64,000 nucleotides of DNA from an uncultured Gammaproteobacteria bacterium (lineage in GTDB: Bacteria; Patescibacteriota; Microgenomatia; CAZXEC01): the NCBI GenBank assembly GCA_964639595.1, contig CAZXEC010000001.1:187750-251749 (forward strand), given 5' to 3'. A program made the translations under genes and the position numbers. The notes beneath the pieces are model-generated. The model made no database searches. It was not told the origin of the DNA and was given only the letters and a program-made list of their open reading frames with translations. Shown here one piece after another: positions 55,431 to 64,000 of the stretch; positions within the stretch are counted from its first letter, which is position 1; every line of letters starts with the position of its first letter.

Positions 55431-56434
55431 AATTATTAGTTACCGGCGGAGCCGGATTTATCGGATCTAACTTTATTCACTACTGGTTGAAAAATCATTC
55501 AGGTGACCAAGTTGTCAACTTTGATAAATTAACTTATGCAGGTCACTTGGAGAGTTTAAAAGATATTAAAGACGATCCCAATTACGTTTTTGTTCAGGGA
55601 GATATAGCAAACGAAGAAGATGTTAAAAAGGTTATGCAAGGAGTTGATATGGTGGTACATTTTGCCGCCGAGTCTCATGTGGATAGATCGATTATGGATC
55701 CGCTGGTATTTGTAAAAACTAATACTTGGGGAACTGCAGTTTTGTTAAAAGCTGCGTTGGATAATAAAGTAAAAAGATTTCATCATGTATCTACGGATGA
55801 AGTATATGGAAGTTTGGGACCTAATGATTCACCCTTCACTCCGGAAACTCCTTTACAACCCAGAACTCCTTATGCTGCTTCAAAAGCAGGAGCAGACCAT
55901 CTCGTAAAAGCTTTTTTTGAAACCTACGGGCTACCGACAACTGTTACAAATTGCGCAAATAATTATGGTCCTTATCATGACCCAGAAAAATTAATCCCAC
56001 GATTTATTACGAATCTAATTGAAAGACAGAAGGTTCCATTAATGGGGAAAGGAGAAAATATTAGAGAGTGGCTTTATGTTATAGATCATGCAAGAGCCAT
56101 AGATTTAGTTATCCAAAAAGGAAAGCTTGGGGAAACATATTTAGTTCAAGGAGAAGAAAAGACTAATCTAGAGGTTACACGGAAGATTTTAGAAGTTTTG
56201 GGATTAGATGAGTCCTATATTGAGTATGTGGAACATAGATTGGGACATGATTTTCGTTATGCAAATGATGGCACTAAGTTAAGAGAGTTAGGGTGGAAGT
56301 CAGAATATACCTTTGATGAATCACTTAAAAAAACTGTGCAATGGTTTAGGGAAAATGAATGGTGGTGGAAGCCCTTGAAAAAAGATAGACCCAACGTTGA
56401 TAGATCTGCACAGAGCACCTATGATAGATTATGA
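55427..56434 (+). CDS. rmlB: dTDP-glucose 4,6-dehydratase
   Basis: LVTGGAGFIGSNF and YAASKAGADHLV (YxxxK) motifs. Confidence 0.85.
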   Translation: MKLLVTGGAGFIGSNFIHYWLKNHSGDQVVNFDKLTYAGHLESLKDIKDDPNYVFVQGDIANEEDVKKVMQGVDMVVHFAAESHVDRSIMDPLVFVKTNTWGTAVLLKAALDNKVKRFHHVSTDEVYGSLGPNDSPFTPETPLQPRTPYAASKAGADHLVKAFFETYGLPTTVTNCANNYGPYHDPEKLIPRFITNLIERQKVPLMGKGENIREWLYVIDHARAIDLVIQKGKLGETYLVQGEEKTNLEVTRKILEVLGLDESYIEYVEHRLGHDFRYANDGTKLRELGWKSEYTFDESLKKTVQWFRENEWWWKPLKKDRPNVDRSAQSTYDRL

Positions 56435-57006
56435 ATTACATCACATTAAAAAATATCGCTAATCAAAAAATAATTGACGGGGTCAAGGTAAAGCCGGTGG
56501 ATAGGCCAGCTGGAGAACGGGGCTGGAATCAGGAGTTTATGAGCAGTTCTGACAAATGGACTGATTTTTTCAACCAAGAATACCTTCCAGTCCATGGATA
56601 TGTGTCGGAAACCAAATCTTGGGTGGCCCGCGATGAAAATTTATGGCATGTTCATCCTAACCCCGCCCATCCGCAAGGGCTGGCTCAAGTTGACCGCTGG
56701 GTGATGCTCAAAAACGAGATAATAGCTGCTGTGGCTGATACACGGCCGAATTCGCCAACCATTGGCCTGTTAAACCTTTTCCATATGGGGGAGGCAGATG
56801 ATTTAAGGTATATGTTATGGATTCCGCCACAAGTCTTGCATGGTTTTATGGCTTTATCACAAGAGGCGCTTTTTTTGAATGTGACCAATCAAGCTTATGA
56901 TCCGGAAAAAATTGAAGGCAGAATCCCGTTTGAGCAAGCAGCGATTAAACTGGTAGACGGCAGATTATTTAGTTGGGAACTTATCAGACAAGATCTGAAG
57001 AAATAG
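56431..57006 (+). CDS. rmlC: dTDP-4-dehydrorhamnose 3,5-epimerase-like cupin
   Basis: Size and operon position between rmlB and rmlD; cupin His residues present. Confidence 0.5.
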   Translation: MNYITLKNIANQKIIDGVKVKPVDRPAGERGWNQEFMSSSDKWTDFFNQEYLPVHGYVSETKSWVARDENLWHVHPNPAHPQGLAQVDRWVMLKNEIIAAVADTRPNSPTIGLLNLFHMGEADDLRYMLWIPPQVLHGFMALSQEALFLNVTNQAYDPEKIEGRIPFEQAAIKLVDGRLFSWELIRQDLKK

Positions 57007-57009
57007 ACC

Positions 57010-57990
57010 ATGAAGGAATTGGCAGGGAGTGAGGAGAAAATTAACCAAACCTTGATACAAATTACCGGCGCTACTGGACTGGTCGGCTCACGATTGGTAG
57101 AGCTTTTGGCAAACAAATGGAATTTTGTGGCGCTTGATAGGCAGGAAGCTGAAAATTCGGCGCGGCAGTTACCTATCATTAAATACCAAATGCTGGATTT
57201 GTTATCATCACCCGTTGAGCAAATTATTGCCGATTCAGCCTCGCCATATTTTTTGCACCTGGCGGCATTCACTGATGTAGACGCTGCTGAAAAACAAAGA
57301 GGGCAAAAACAAGACAGCCTGGCTTGGAAATTAAATGTTGATGCCACAGACCGGATTGCCCGGGCCTGCCGACAATCAGGTAAATTATTGATCTATATTT
57401 CTACGGATTTTATCTTTGATGGTAAAAAAGGGCCGTATAAGGAAGATGACCAGTTAGTTGACAGTCCGGATGAAATTTCCTGGTATGGCTGGACTAAGTT
57501 GGCGGGAGAGCAAAAGATCCAACAATCAGGGGTGGAGGCGGCAGTTGTCCGTATTGCCTATCCCTTCAGGGCAAATTATCCACAGAAATTAGATTTTGCC
57601 AGTAGGATCATTGATTTATATAAAAAAGATCAGCTTTATCCTATGTTTGATGACCAGGAACTGACCCCAACTTGGGTGGACGACTTGTCTTTGGCCCTGG
57701 ATAAAATTTTATCAGATCGGCTGACTGGAATTTTCCATGTGGCTGCCGCTAATGGAGATAAGATAACTATTTCTCCTTACGATTTTGCCGTGATGCTGCT
57801 TGATCGTTTTTTCCAAGCCGGCCATAAAGTGAAAAGGGGATCACTGGCTGAATCTCTAAGATCAGGAAAAACAACTCCTCGGCCTGTACAAGGTGGCCTA
57901 CTGACTGGTAAAATTGAAAATTGCGGGGTCAAATTATCAAGCGTCGAGCAAGCTATTGATCAGCTGTATGATCAGCAGCAGGCAAATTAA
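57010..57990 (+). CDS. rmlD: dTDP-4-dehydrorhamnose reductase-like SDR
   Basis: ITGATGLVGSRL Rossmann motif, SDR fold; operon context. Confidence 0.6.
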   Translation: MKELAGSEEKINQTLIQITGATGLVGSRLVELLANKWNFVALDRQEAENSARQLPIIKYQMLDLLSSPVEQIIADSASPYFLHLAAFTDVDAAEKQRGQKQDSLAWKLNVDATDRIARACRQSGKLLIYISTDFIFDGKKGPYKEDDQLVDSPDEISWYGWTKLAGEQKIQQSGVEAAVVRIAYPFRANYPQKLDFASRIIDLYKKDQLYPMFDDQELTPTWVDDLSLALDKILSDRLTGIFHVAAANGDKITISPYDFAVMLLDRFFQAGHKVKRGSLAESLRSGKTTPRPVQGGLLTGKIENCGVKLSSVEQAIDQLYDQQQAN

Positions 57991-58037
57991 TTATCTGATT
58001 TTGTGATGGGATTTTAATACCTTATAAATAATATTTT

Positions 58038-59330
58038 ATGACGATATCAATTATTGGTACTGGCTATGTCGGCTTAGTTACAGGTGCGGTGTTTGCCGAT
58101 TTTGGGCATAAAGTCTATTGCGTGGACATAGATGAGGAGAAGATTAAAATGCTCAAAAACGGCATGATCCCATTTTATGAACCAGGTTTGGAAGAGTTAG
58201 TTAAAAGAAATATTAACCAGCACCGGCTTTTTTTTACCACCAAGTATAGTCAAGCGGTACCACTATCCAAAATAGTGTTTATCTGTGTTGGGACGCCTCC
58301 GGCTGCCAATGGGGAAGCTGATTTGACGTATCTATTTAATTCAGTTTCTGAAACAGCCAAACACTTAAAAGGCTATACTTTGATTGCCATCAAGAGCACT
58401 GTCCCCATTGGGGTGGAAGACGAATTGCAGAGTTTAATCGGGAAAAATACCAAAGCCAGGTATGAATTTGCTTCTTGCCCGGAATTTTTAAGAGAAGGAT
58501 CGGCAGTGGAAGATGCCATGAAGCCGGATCGGATTGTTTTTGGCACTAAGGGTAACAAAGCGGCAGATATTTTACTTGATTTATACAAGCATTTTAACGG
58601 CCAAAGGTTGGTATGTGATCTTCGTTCTGCTCAAATGATCAAGTATGCTGCCAATGCTCTACTGGCAACAAAGGTATCGTTTGCCAATGCTGTGGCGATT
58701 TTGTGCGAAAAAACCGGGGCTGATGTTGAAGTGGTCTTGGATGGGGTAGGATTGGATCGTCGGATCGGCCGCAACTTTTTACATCCAGGCGTTGGTTATG
58801 GCGGTTCCTGTTTTCCCAAAGATGTGATAGCCTTCATAAAAATTGCCGATAAGGCAGGCTATGATTTTGATCTATTAAAATCTGTTGATCAGATCAACCG
58901 AGACCAGGTGGACTATTTTGTGCAAAAAACCCAAAAGCTATTAGATGGCTTAAATGATAAAACAATTGCAGTACTAGGCTTGTCTTTCAAACCCAATACT
59001 GACGATATGAGAGAAGCACCGTCTGTTAGTATCATAAATAAATTAATTGCCGGCGGCGCTTATGTTAAAGCCTATGATCCTGTGGCCAATGACAACGCCA
59101 AAAGAATTTTACAAAATGTCGATGTCTACTTTGCCCAAGATCCGTATGATGCTGCCCGTGGCGCGGATGCTATCATGATTGTGACAGAATGGAATGAATT
59201 TAAGGAGTTAGATTTATCAGAGTTGAAGAAATTAATGAATAAACCAGTTATAATTGATGGCAGGAATATTTATGACCCCAATCAAGTTAGATCTTTAGGA
59301 TTTATATATCAAGGGATCGGTAGGAATTAG
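58038..59330 (+). CDS. ugd: UDP-glucose 6-dehydrogenase
   Basis: IGTGYVGLVTGAVFADFGH and the catalytic GGSCFPKD. Confidence 0.9.
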   Translation: MTISIIGTGYVGLVTGAVFADFGHKVYCVDIDEEKIKMLKNGMIPFYEPGLEELVKRNINQHRLFFTTKYSQAVPLSKIVFICVGTPPAANGEADLTYLFNSVSETAKHLKGYTLIAIKSTVPIGVEDELQSLIGKNTKARYEFASCPEFLREGSAVEDAMKPDRIVFGTKGNKAADILLDLYKHFNGQRLVCDLRSAQMIKYAANALLATKVSFANAVAILCEKTGADVEVVLDGVGLDRRIGRNFLHPGVGYGGSCFPKDVIAFIKIADKAGYDFDLLKSVDQINRDQVDYFVQKTQKLLDGLNDKTIAVLGLSFKPNTDDMREAPSVSIINKLIAGGAYVKAYDPVANDNAKRILQNVDVYFAQDPYDAARGADAIMIVTEWNEFKELDLSELKKLMNKPVIIDGRNIYDPNQVRSLGFIYQGIGRN

Positions 59331-59331
59331 A

Positions 59332-60291
59332 ATGAAAAAAGTTCGCTCACTCATTACTGGAATTACCGGATTTGCTGGCTCTCACATGGCCGAATTTTTA
59401 TTGAACGAAGACCACGAAGTTTATGGTATTGCCAGGTGGCGGTCACGCCGGGAACACATGGATAAAATTGAGGGTAAGGTAAAGATTTTAGAAGCAGATT
59501 TGCTCGATTCTCATTCTTTAGATAATATTATGCTTTCTGTCAGGCCGGATTATGTTTTCCATTTGGCAGCGCAAAGTTATGTGCCGGCATCTTGGACTTC
59601 TCCTGAAGCCACGTTAGAAATAAATGTAATTGGCTCTGTTAACTTGTTTGAGTCAGTCAGAAAAGCCCAAATCAATCCAGCTGTACAAATTGCCTGTTCT
59701 TCCGAAGAATATGGTTTAGTTCATCCCAATGAGGTTCCCATTACAGAAGAAAACCCTTTGAGACCGCTTTCCCCTTACGCTGTTTCTAAAGTAGCGATGG
59801 ACTATCTGGGATATCAATATTGCCAAAGTTATGGCATGAGGATTATCAGAACTAGGGGATTTAACCATACTGGTCCCAGAAGAGGTGAAGTTTTTGCCGA
59901 ATCCACTTTTGCCAAACAGATTGCTGAAATTGAGAAAGGCAAACAAGATCCGGTTATTTTGGTTGGGAACCTTGATGCAAAAAGGGATTACACCGATGTT
60001 CGGGATATGGTGCGGGGATATTTTGCAGCAGCCCAAAAAGGAGAAGCAGGCGAAGTTTACAATATTTGCAGTGGTAAAACTTGGCAGATCAAAGAAGTGT
60101 TGGATCACCTGCTATCCCTCACTAAGGTTAAAGTGGCAATCAAAGAAGATTCTACCAGAATGCGCCCCTCCGACGTGCCAATACTTTTGGGTGATAATAC
60201 TAAGTTTGTCAAAAAAACCGGATGGAAACTAACCATATCTTTTGAAAAAACATTGGAAGATCTTCTTAACTATTGGCGGGAGAAAGTGTAA
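59332..60291 (+). CDS. GDP-mannose 4,6-dehydratase family SDR (Gmd/Rmd-like)
   Basis: LITGITGFAGSHMAEFLL N-terminus typical of Gmd. Confidence 0.6.
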   Translation: MKKVRSLITGITGFAGSHMAEFLLNEDHEVYGIARWRSRREHMDKIEGKVKILEADLLDSHSLDNIMLSVRPDYVFHLAAQSYVPASWTSPEATLEINVIGSVNLFESVRKAQINPAVQIACSSEEYGLVHPNEVPITEENPLRPLSPYAVSKVAMDYLGYQYCQSYGMRIIRTRGFNHTGPRRGEVFAESTFAKQIAEIEKGKQDPVILVGNLDAKRDYTDVRDMVRGYFAAAQKGEAGEVYNICSGKTWQIKEVLDHLLSLTKVKVAIKEDSTRMRPSDVPILLGDNTKFVKKTGWKLTISFEKTLEDLLNYWREKV

Positions 60292-60359
60292 TTAGTAAAT
60301 AGCTTATGGCTCACAAGCAGATCGGTATTTAATGCTGTAAGCTGTAAGCTGTAAGCCAT

Positions 60360-61295
60360 ATGCATATTTTAGTAACCGGCGGTGCTGGTTTCATCGGATC
60401 AAATCTTTGCGACCATCTGATAGGTGCCAAACACCAAGTAGTTTGTGTCGACAATCTTATCACCGGTTCAGAAAAAAATATTGGCCATCTCTTATCCAAT
60501 CCCAGCTTCTCATTTATAAAAGCAGATATCGCAGATAAAATAAATTTTAAGGAAAAGTTTGATGCGATTTTCCATCTGGCATCACCGGCATCCCCCATTG
60601 ATTATCAAAACCATCCAGTGGAAACCATGATTGCCAATAGCCAAGGCACTCACAAGATGCTCAACTTAGCCAAAAATCTCAATGCCAAGTTTTTGCTGGC
60701 TTCCACCTCCGAGGTTTACGGCGATCCCCAAGAGCATCCGCAAAAAGAGACTTATTGGGGCAATGTTAACCCCATTGGCGAAAGGTCTTGTTACGATGAA
60801 TCAAAACGCTATGCCGAAAGTTTAACCATGGTTTATGTTCGTAAATTTAATTTAGACGCCAGAATTGTCAGGATTTTTAATACTTATGGACCACGGCTGC
60901 AGAGAGATGACGGCCGGGTGATTTCCAATTTTATCAATCAAGCTTTGCATGGGCAAAGCTTGACTATCTACGGCGACGGTAACCAAACCAGATCATTTTG
61001 CTATGTGTCAGACATGGTAAAAGGTCTGGTGATGGCCATGAACAAAGAGCAAACCAAAGGTGAAGTCTTTAATTTAGGAAATCCGGAGGAGTTTACTATT
61101 TTACAAATTGCTCAAATGGTTAAAGAACTGATCAATCCCGTAGTAGAGTTTATTAATAAACCCTTGCCGCAAGATGATCCCAGATGCCGCCAACCTGATA
61201 TTAGCAAAGCCAGACAAGTGTTGGGTTGGCAACCACAAGTGCCATTCAAAGATGGCATCATCGCAACTATCGAATATTTCAAATCAAACGCCTAA
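60360..61295 (+). CDS. uxs: UDP-glucuronate decarboxylase (UDP-xylose synthase)
   Basis: ILVTGGAGFIGSNLCD, SEVYGDP and the YDESKRYAE catalytic YxxxK; follows ugd. Confidence 0.8.
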   Translation: MHILVTGGAGFIGSNLCDHLIGAKHQVVCVDNLITGSEKNIGHLLSNPSFSFIKADIADKINFKEKFDAIFHLASPASPIDYQNHPVETMIANSQGTHKMLNLAKNLNAKFLLASTSEVYGDPQEHPQKETYWGNVNPIGERSCYDESKRYAESLTMVYVRKFNLDARIVRIFNTYGPRLQRDDGRVISNFINQALHGQSLTIYGDGNQTRSFCYVSDMVKGLVMAMNKEQTKGEVFNLGNPEEFTILQIAQMVKELINPVVEFINKPLPQDDPRCRQPDISKARQVLGWQPQVPFKDGIIATIEYFKSNA

Positions 61296-61310
61296 GAAAG
61301 CTTTTTCCAG

Positions 61311-62501
61311 TTGCCCTTTCTTGATATTTACCCTATCATGGGTGATATGAAAAAAGTGGTGGTGGTACTTCCAACTTATAATGAAAAGGGCATCATTTCA
61401 ACGATTATCCAACAAGTGCTTAAACAACAAGATAATCTTGACGGATATAGTTTAGAAGTATTGGTTTCTGATTCTCACTCTCCGGATGGCACAGGCCAGA
61501 TAGTCAAAGACATGGCAGCAAGCAACCCCCAGGTACACCTCTTGGATGTAATGGAAAGGGGTTTGGGTACAGGCTACTGGAGAGGTTTTCTATATGCTAA
61601 AGATAGTCTGGCTGCCGATATTCTTGTGGGAATGGATGCAGATGGCCAGCACAATCCTGAAGATATTCCCCGATTAATTAAAAAATTGGAACAAGGTTAC
61701 GATTTTGTTACTGGTTCCCGCTACATCTCCGAAGGCGGAATCAACGAATGGCCATTTTTTCGCCGAGTTCTGTCTTATGGCGCTAATTTTATTGTCCAAC
61801 TCTTAACAGGCATCTGGAAAATACATGAATTTACCACCTCGTACAGGTGTTTTAGAGCTGGCTTAGTTGACCAGCTTAAAAACTCACAAGTTGCTCGTGA
61901 GTCAAGTTGGGTTTTTGCCCCCATCTTGATAACAGAAGTTATCAGCAGGGGGGCAAAAGTAGCAGAGGTTCCAATTGTATTTTCCAAGCGAGCGGCAGGG
62001 GAATCAAAAATGGCTACTTGGGAATATATCTATGACTTGTTGGCTTATGCTGCGGAATTTAGATTAAAAATGTGGAATATCAAAGTGCCAGTTTTGAAAA
62101 GCGCCAGGAAATTTAAGACCCTTGTTAAATTTGGTCTAGTTGGTGTTAGCGGTACTGTGGTGGACTTTATCTGTTATGTGGCAATTGTAGAATTTTTCGG
62201 CACTGCTCCTGCTACTGCTAAAATATTCTCAACAGAAGTAGCCATAGTCAATAACTTTACCTGGAATAATGTTTGGACATTTGGCCAGAGAAAAGTCAAG
62301 GCTCCTCTTTGGAAAAAATTTGTTAGTTTCAATACCATCAGCATTGGCGGTTTGGTGATTAGCGTTTTGATAATTAAATCTCTGACCATTCAGTTTGGCA
62401 ATGAGCACTACCGTTTATACTTTTTTGTGACTATTCCAGCGGTGATGATGTGGAATTTTATTATGAACCATTTCTTTACTTGGAAAAGACCCAAACCTTA
62501 A
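61311..62501 (+). CDS. polyprenol-phosphate glycosyltransferase (GT2, DPM1-like) fused to a C-terminal GtrA-like membrane domain
   Basis: VVLPTYNE, DADGQH and C-terminal 4-TM GtrA motifs. Confidence 0.7.
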   Translation: MPFLDIYPIMGDMKKVVVVLPTYNEKGIISTIIQQVLKQQDNLDGYSLEVLVSDSHSPDGTGQIVKDMAASNPQVHLLDVMERGLGTGYWRGFLYAKDSLAADILVGMDADGQHNPEDIPRLIKKLEQGYDFVTGSRYISEGGINEWPFFRRVLSYGANFIVQLLTGIWKIHEFTTSYRCFRAGLVDQLKNSQVARESSWVFAPILITEVISRGAKVAEVPIVFSKRAAGESKMATWEYIYDLLAYAAEFRLKMWNIKVPVLKSARKFKTLVKFGLVGVSGTVVDFICYVAIVEFFGTAPATAKIFSTEVAIVNNFTWNNVWTFGQRKVKAPLWKKFVSFNTISIGGLVISVLIIKSLTIQFGNEHYRLYFFVTIPAVMMWNFIMNHFFTWKRPKP

Positions 62502-63646
62502 CGATATGGTGTTAGGTTGTAAAAAGGGAAAACGTTATAGGAAATAAAGTTTAAGGAAAAAAGATAAATGGCCAAAGCCACAAGAACTAGGCCGATTTTA
62601 AATTCTTTCCTTTGGATGATGTCCTCAAAGGCTATAATAGCAAATGGGGCAATCGGCAGACTGTACCTTGCTATGTCACGATGAGCCACCATCATCGAAG
62701 CAGCCAAAAAAACCGTCACAAAAAATGCCATAGGATAAAGTTTTTTCTTAAATAGCCTGATGGCGGCAATAATGTAAATTAAATATAACCATACTAAGTC
62801 TTCCAGCCAGATCGTACCTACCCAAAATTGCTGGGTGTTAAATACCGAAAAAGGCGGCAGTGTCAGATGTATATTATCTCCGGAGTGAAAATATGCCAGA
62901 ACATCGCCATAAGCTTTGTCATACCAGAAAAAAATTGCCAGCAGGGTTAAGGGAATAAGGAATAGGGGGAAAGCTTTCCATAAAAGTTTACGATTGACAG
63001 CAAACTCATATAAACAATACAAACCCAACGCCACAAAAAGTAAAATTCCTGGACTCCTGGTAGTTTGAGCCAGCGCCCCCGATATTCCGGTAATCCAGAA
63101 GTCTTGCTGATGGCCGGTTTGCAGGCCCCTGATAAAGAAATAAATGGCCACAATAACAAGAAAAATGAAGATTGTTTCCGGAGCAGGTACGCTCCTGGCA
63201 ATTAAAAACCTGGCTGGCAGTATTAGAAATACCAGAGATAACCATAATGGGGCATTAGATAAATTTAGTTTCTTGACCATCAGATAAAATGCCCAGGCTG
63301 ATGCTATGGCAAATGCCAAAGTTATTGCCACCATGCCATAAAGATAACCCAAGGCAGGCGAGAATAAGTTGATAAGCAAGGGATATCCCGGGAAATGCGA
63401 GGCAAAATAAATAGGCGGCAGGTTAATCTGGGGAAAACCGGCAATAATGGAGGGGTTATATAGTGATTTGGCCACAATTGTGTAATTTAGGCCGTCAAAA
63501 TTACGCAGAATAATCTCAAATCCGCCGGCAGGCAAGTTAATTCCCCAAAAATTAGGCAGATGCAGCAAAAAAGGCAACCAGAGTAAAAAAGTTGTGCCTA
63601 AGGAAAAGAGAGCTATTTTGACCAAGTCAGAATAGAGACGGCTCAT
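62498..63646 (-). CDS. GT-C-fold membrane glycosyltransferase (PMT/ArnT-like, polyprenol-P-sugar dependent)
   Basis: About 11 TM helices with a short periplasmic loop; genomic pairing with the polyprenol-P GT2. Confidence 0.45.
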   Translation of the reverse strand: MSRLYSDLVKIALFSLGTTFLLWLPFLLHLPNFWGINLPAGGFEIILRNFDGLNYTIVAKSLYNPSIIAGFPQINLPPIYFASHFPGYPLLINLFSPALGYLYGMVAITLAFAIASAWAFYLMVKKLNLSNAPLWLSLVFLILPARFLIARSVPAPETIFIFLVIVAIYFFIRGLQTGHQQDFWITGISGALAQTTRSPGILLFVALGLYCLYEFAVNRKLLWKAFPLFLIPLTLLAIFFWYDKAYGDVLAYFHSGDNIHLTLPPFSVFNTQQFWVGTIWLEDLVWLYLIYIIAAIRLFKKKLYPMAFFVTVFLAASMMVAHRDIARYSLPIAPFAIIAFEDIIQRKEFKIGLVLVALAIYLFSLNFISYNVFPFYNLTPYR

Positions 63647-63752
63647 TTAGTTAATCATAGCATATCACAAAAATATGTTAAAATAGACTCGTTTAACTCG
63701 AGTTTGCGGAAACGCCACGCAGAGCGTTATGCGGCGTGTGGCAACTCTCTTT

Positions 63753-64000
63753 ATGGATAAAATTGACGAAATTTCCGTCTTCTTTCCTGCTTATAATGAG
63801 CAGGAAAATATTGCCAAAACCCTAGATCAGGCTGTTTATGTATTGGACAGAATTGCTGCTGTTTATGAGATTATTGTAGTCAACGATGGGTCGAGCGATG
63901 AGACGGCTCAAATAGTTGATGGGTATGTTGCCCAAGATCCCCATATCAGAATGATTACTCACTTGCCCAATCAAGGCTATGGGGCAGCTCTCAAATCCGG
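63753..64000 (+). CDS. GT2-family glycosyltransferase (N-terminal fragment, continues beyond the window)
   Basis: SVFFPAYNE ... VVNDGSSDET ... GYGAALKSG GT2 motifs. Confidence 0.7.
   Translation, partial: MDKIDEISVFFPAYNEQENIAKTLDQAVYVLDRIAAVYEIIVVNDGSSDETAQIVDGYVAQDPHIRMITHLPNQGYGAALKS

Noticed and set aside
1-64000. CRISPR arrays, rRNA genes, transposases/integrases and phage genes
   Set aside because: I found no direct-repeat/spacer periodicity, no rRNA-like conserved stretches and no transposase or integrase motifs. The only mobile elements I could support are the intein and the short palindromic elements.

Overview
The window reads as a compact bacterial genome of about 40-45% GC with tightly packed, frequently overlapping genes. 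The gene content suggests a Patescibacteria/CPR-like organism: a stripped-down tsaE-tsaC-short tsaB set, a class II RNR, a V-type PPase, and many small membrane or hypothetical proteins. That lineage assignment is a low-confidence inference. A full-length, unframeshifted prfB (RF2) argues for the standard genetic code. I called these features, in order:

- a 2-hydroxyacid dehydrogenase interrupted by an in-frame TAA;
- pterin-4a-carbinolamine dehydratase and a divergent pair of FNR-like oxidoreductases;
- a five-gene signalling operon: receiver, two unknowns, PAS-histidine kinase, receiver;
- nrdR, an intein-containing class II ribonucleotide reductase (nrdJ), and a PduO-type cobalamin adenosyltransferase;
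- the Ni-superoxide dismutase pair sodN-sodX;
- a CIRCE-controlled lon and the K+/H+-pyrophosphatase hppA;
- a GT28 / DMT / GH membrane trio, tRNA-Glu(CUC) and greA;
- two tandem paralogs of unknown function, one with an HExxH motif;
- lysS, two HD hydrolases and serS;
- a tandemly duplicated MFS-transporter plus spermidine-synthase-like cassette with a chimeric junction;
- secA, an orphan PEP-utilizing swivel-domain protein, a GHMP kinase and a DUF2233 phosphodiester glycosidase;
- an HD protein whose N-terminus is cut by an in-frame TGA, then nadK, prfB and an XRE-family regulator;
- ftsE-ftsX followed by a coiled-coil plus C39-like peptidase (PcsB-like);
- a lamin-tail-domain surface protein, vanZ, and tsaE-tsaC-tsaB;
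- a roughly 13 kb surface-glycan cluster: galE, rmlA/B/C/D, a WbuC cupin, ugd, a gmd-like gene, uxs, GT2-GtrA, a GT-C membrane glycosyltransferase and a GT2.

The most unusual signal is a family of short palindromic elements, CCCCGATT(T/C)AATCGGGG, with extra AATCGGGG half-sites. They are scattered through the window and inserted in-frame inside nrdJ, the pduO-type gene, secA and the lamin-tail protein, reminiscent of Rickettsia palindromic elements. No rRNA, CRISPR array or transposase was found. All calls come from reading motifs in the supplied translations and DNA; no database searches were run.
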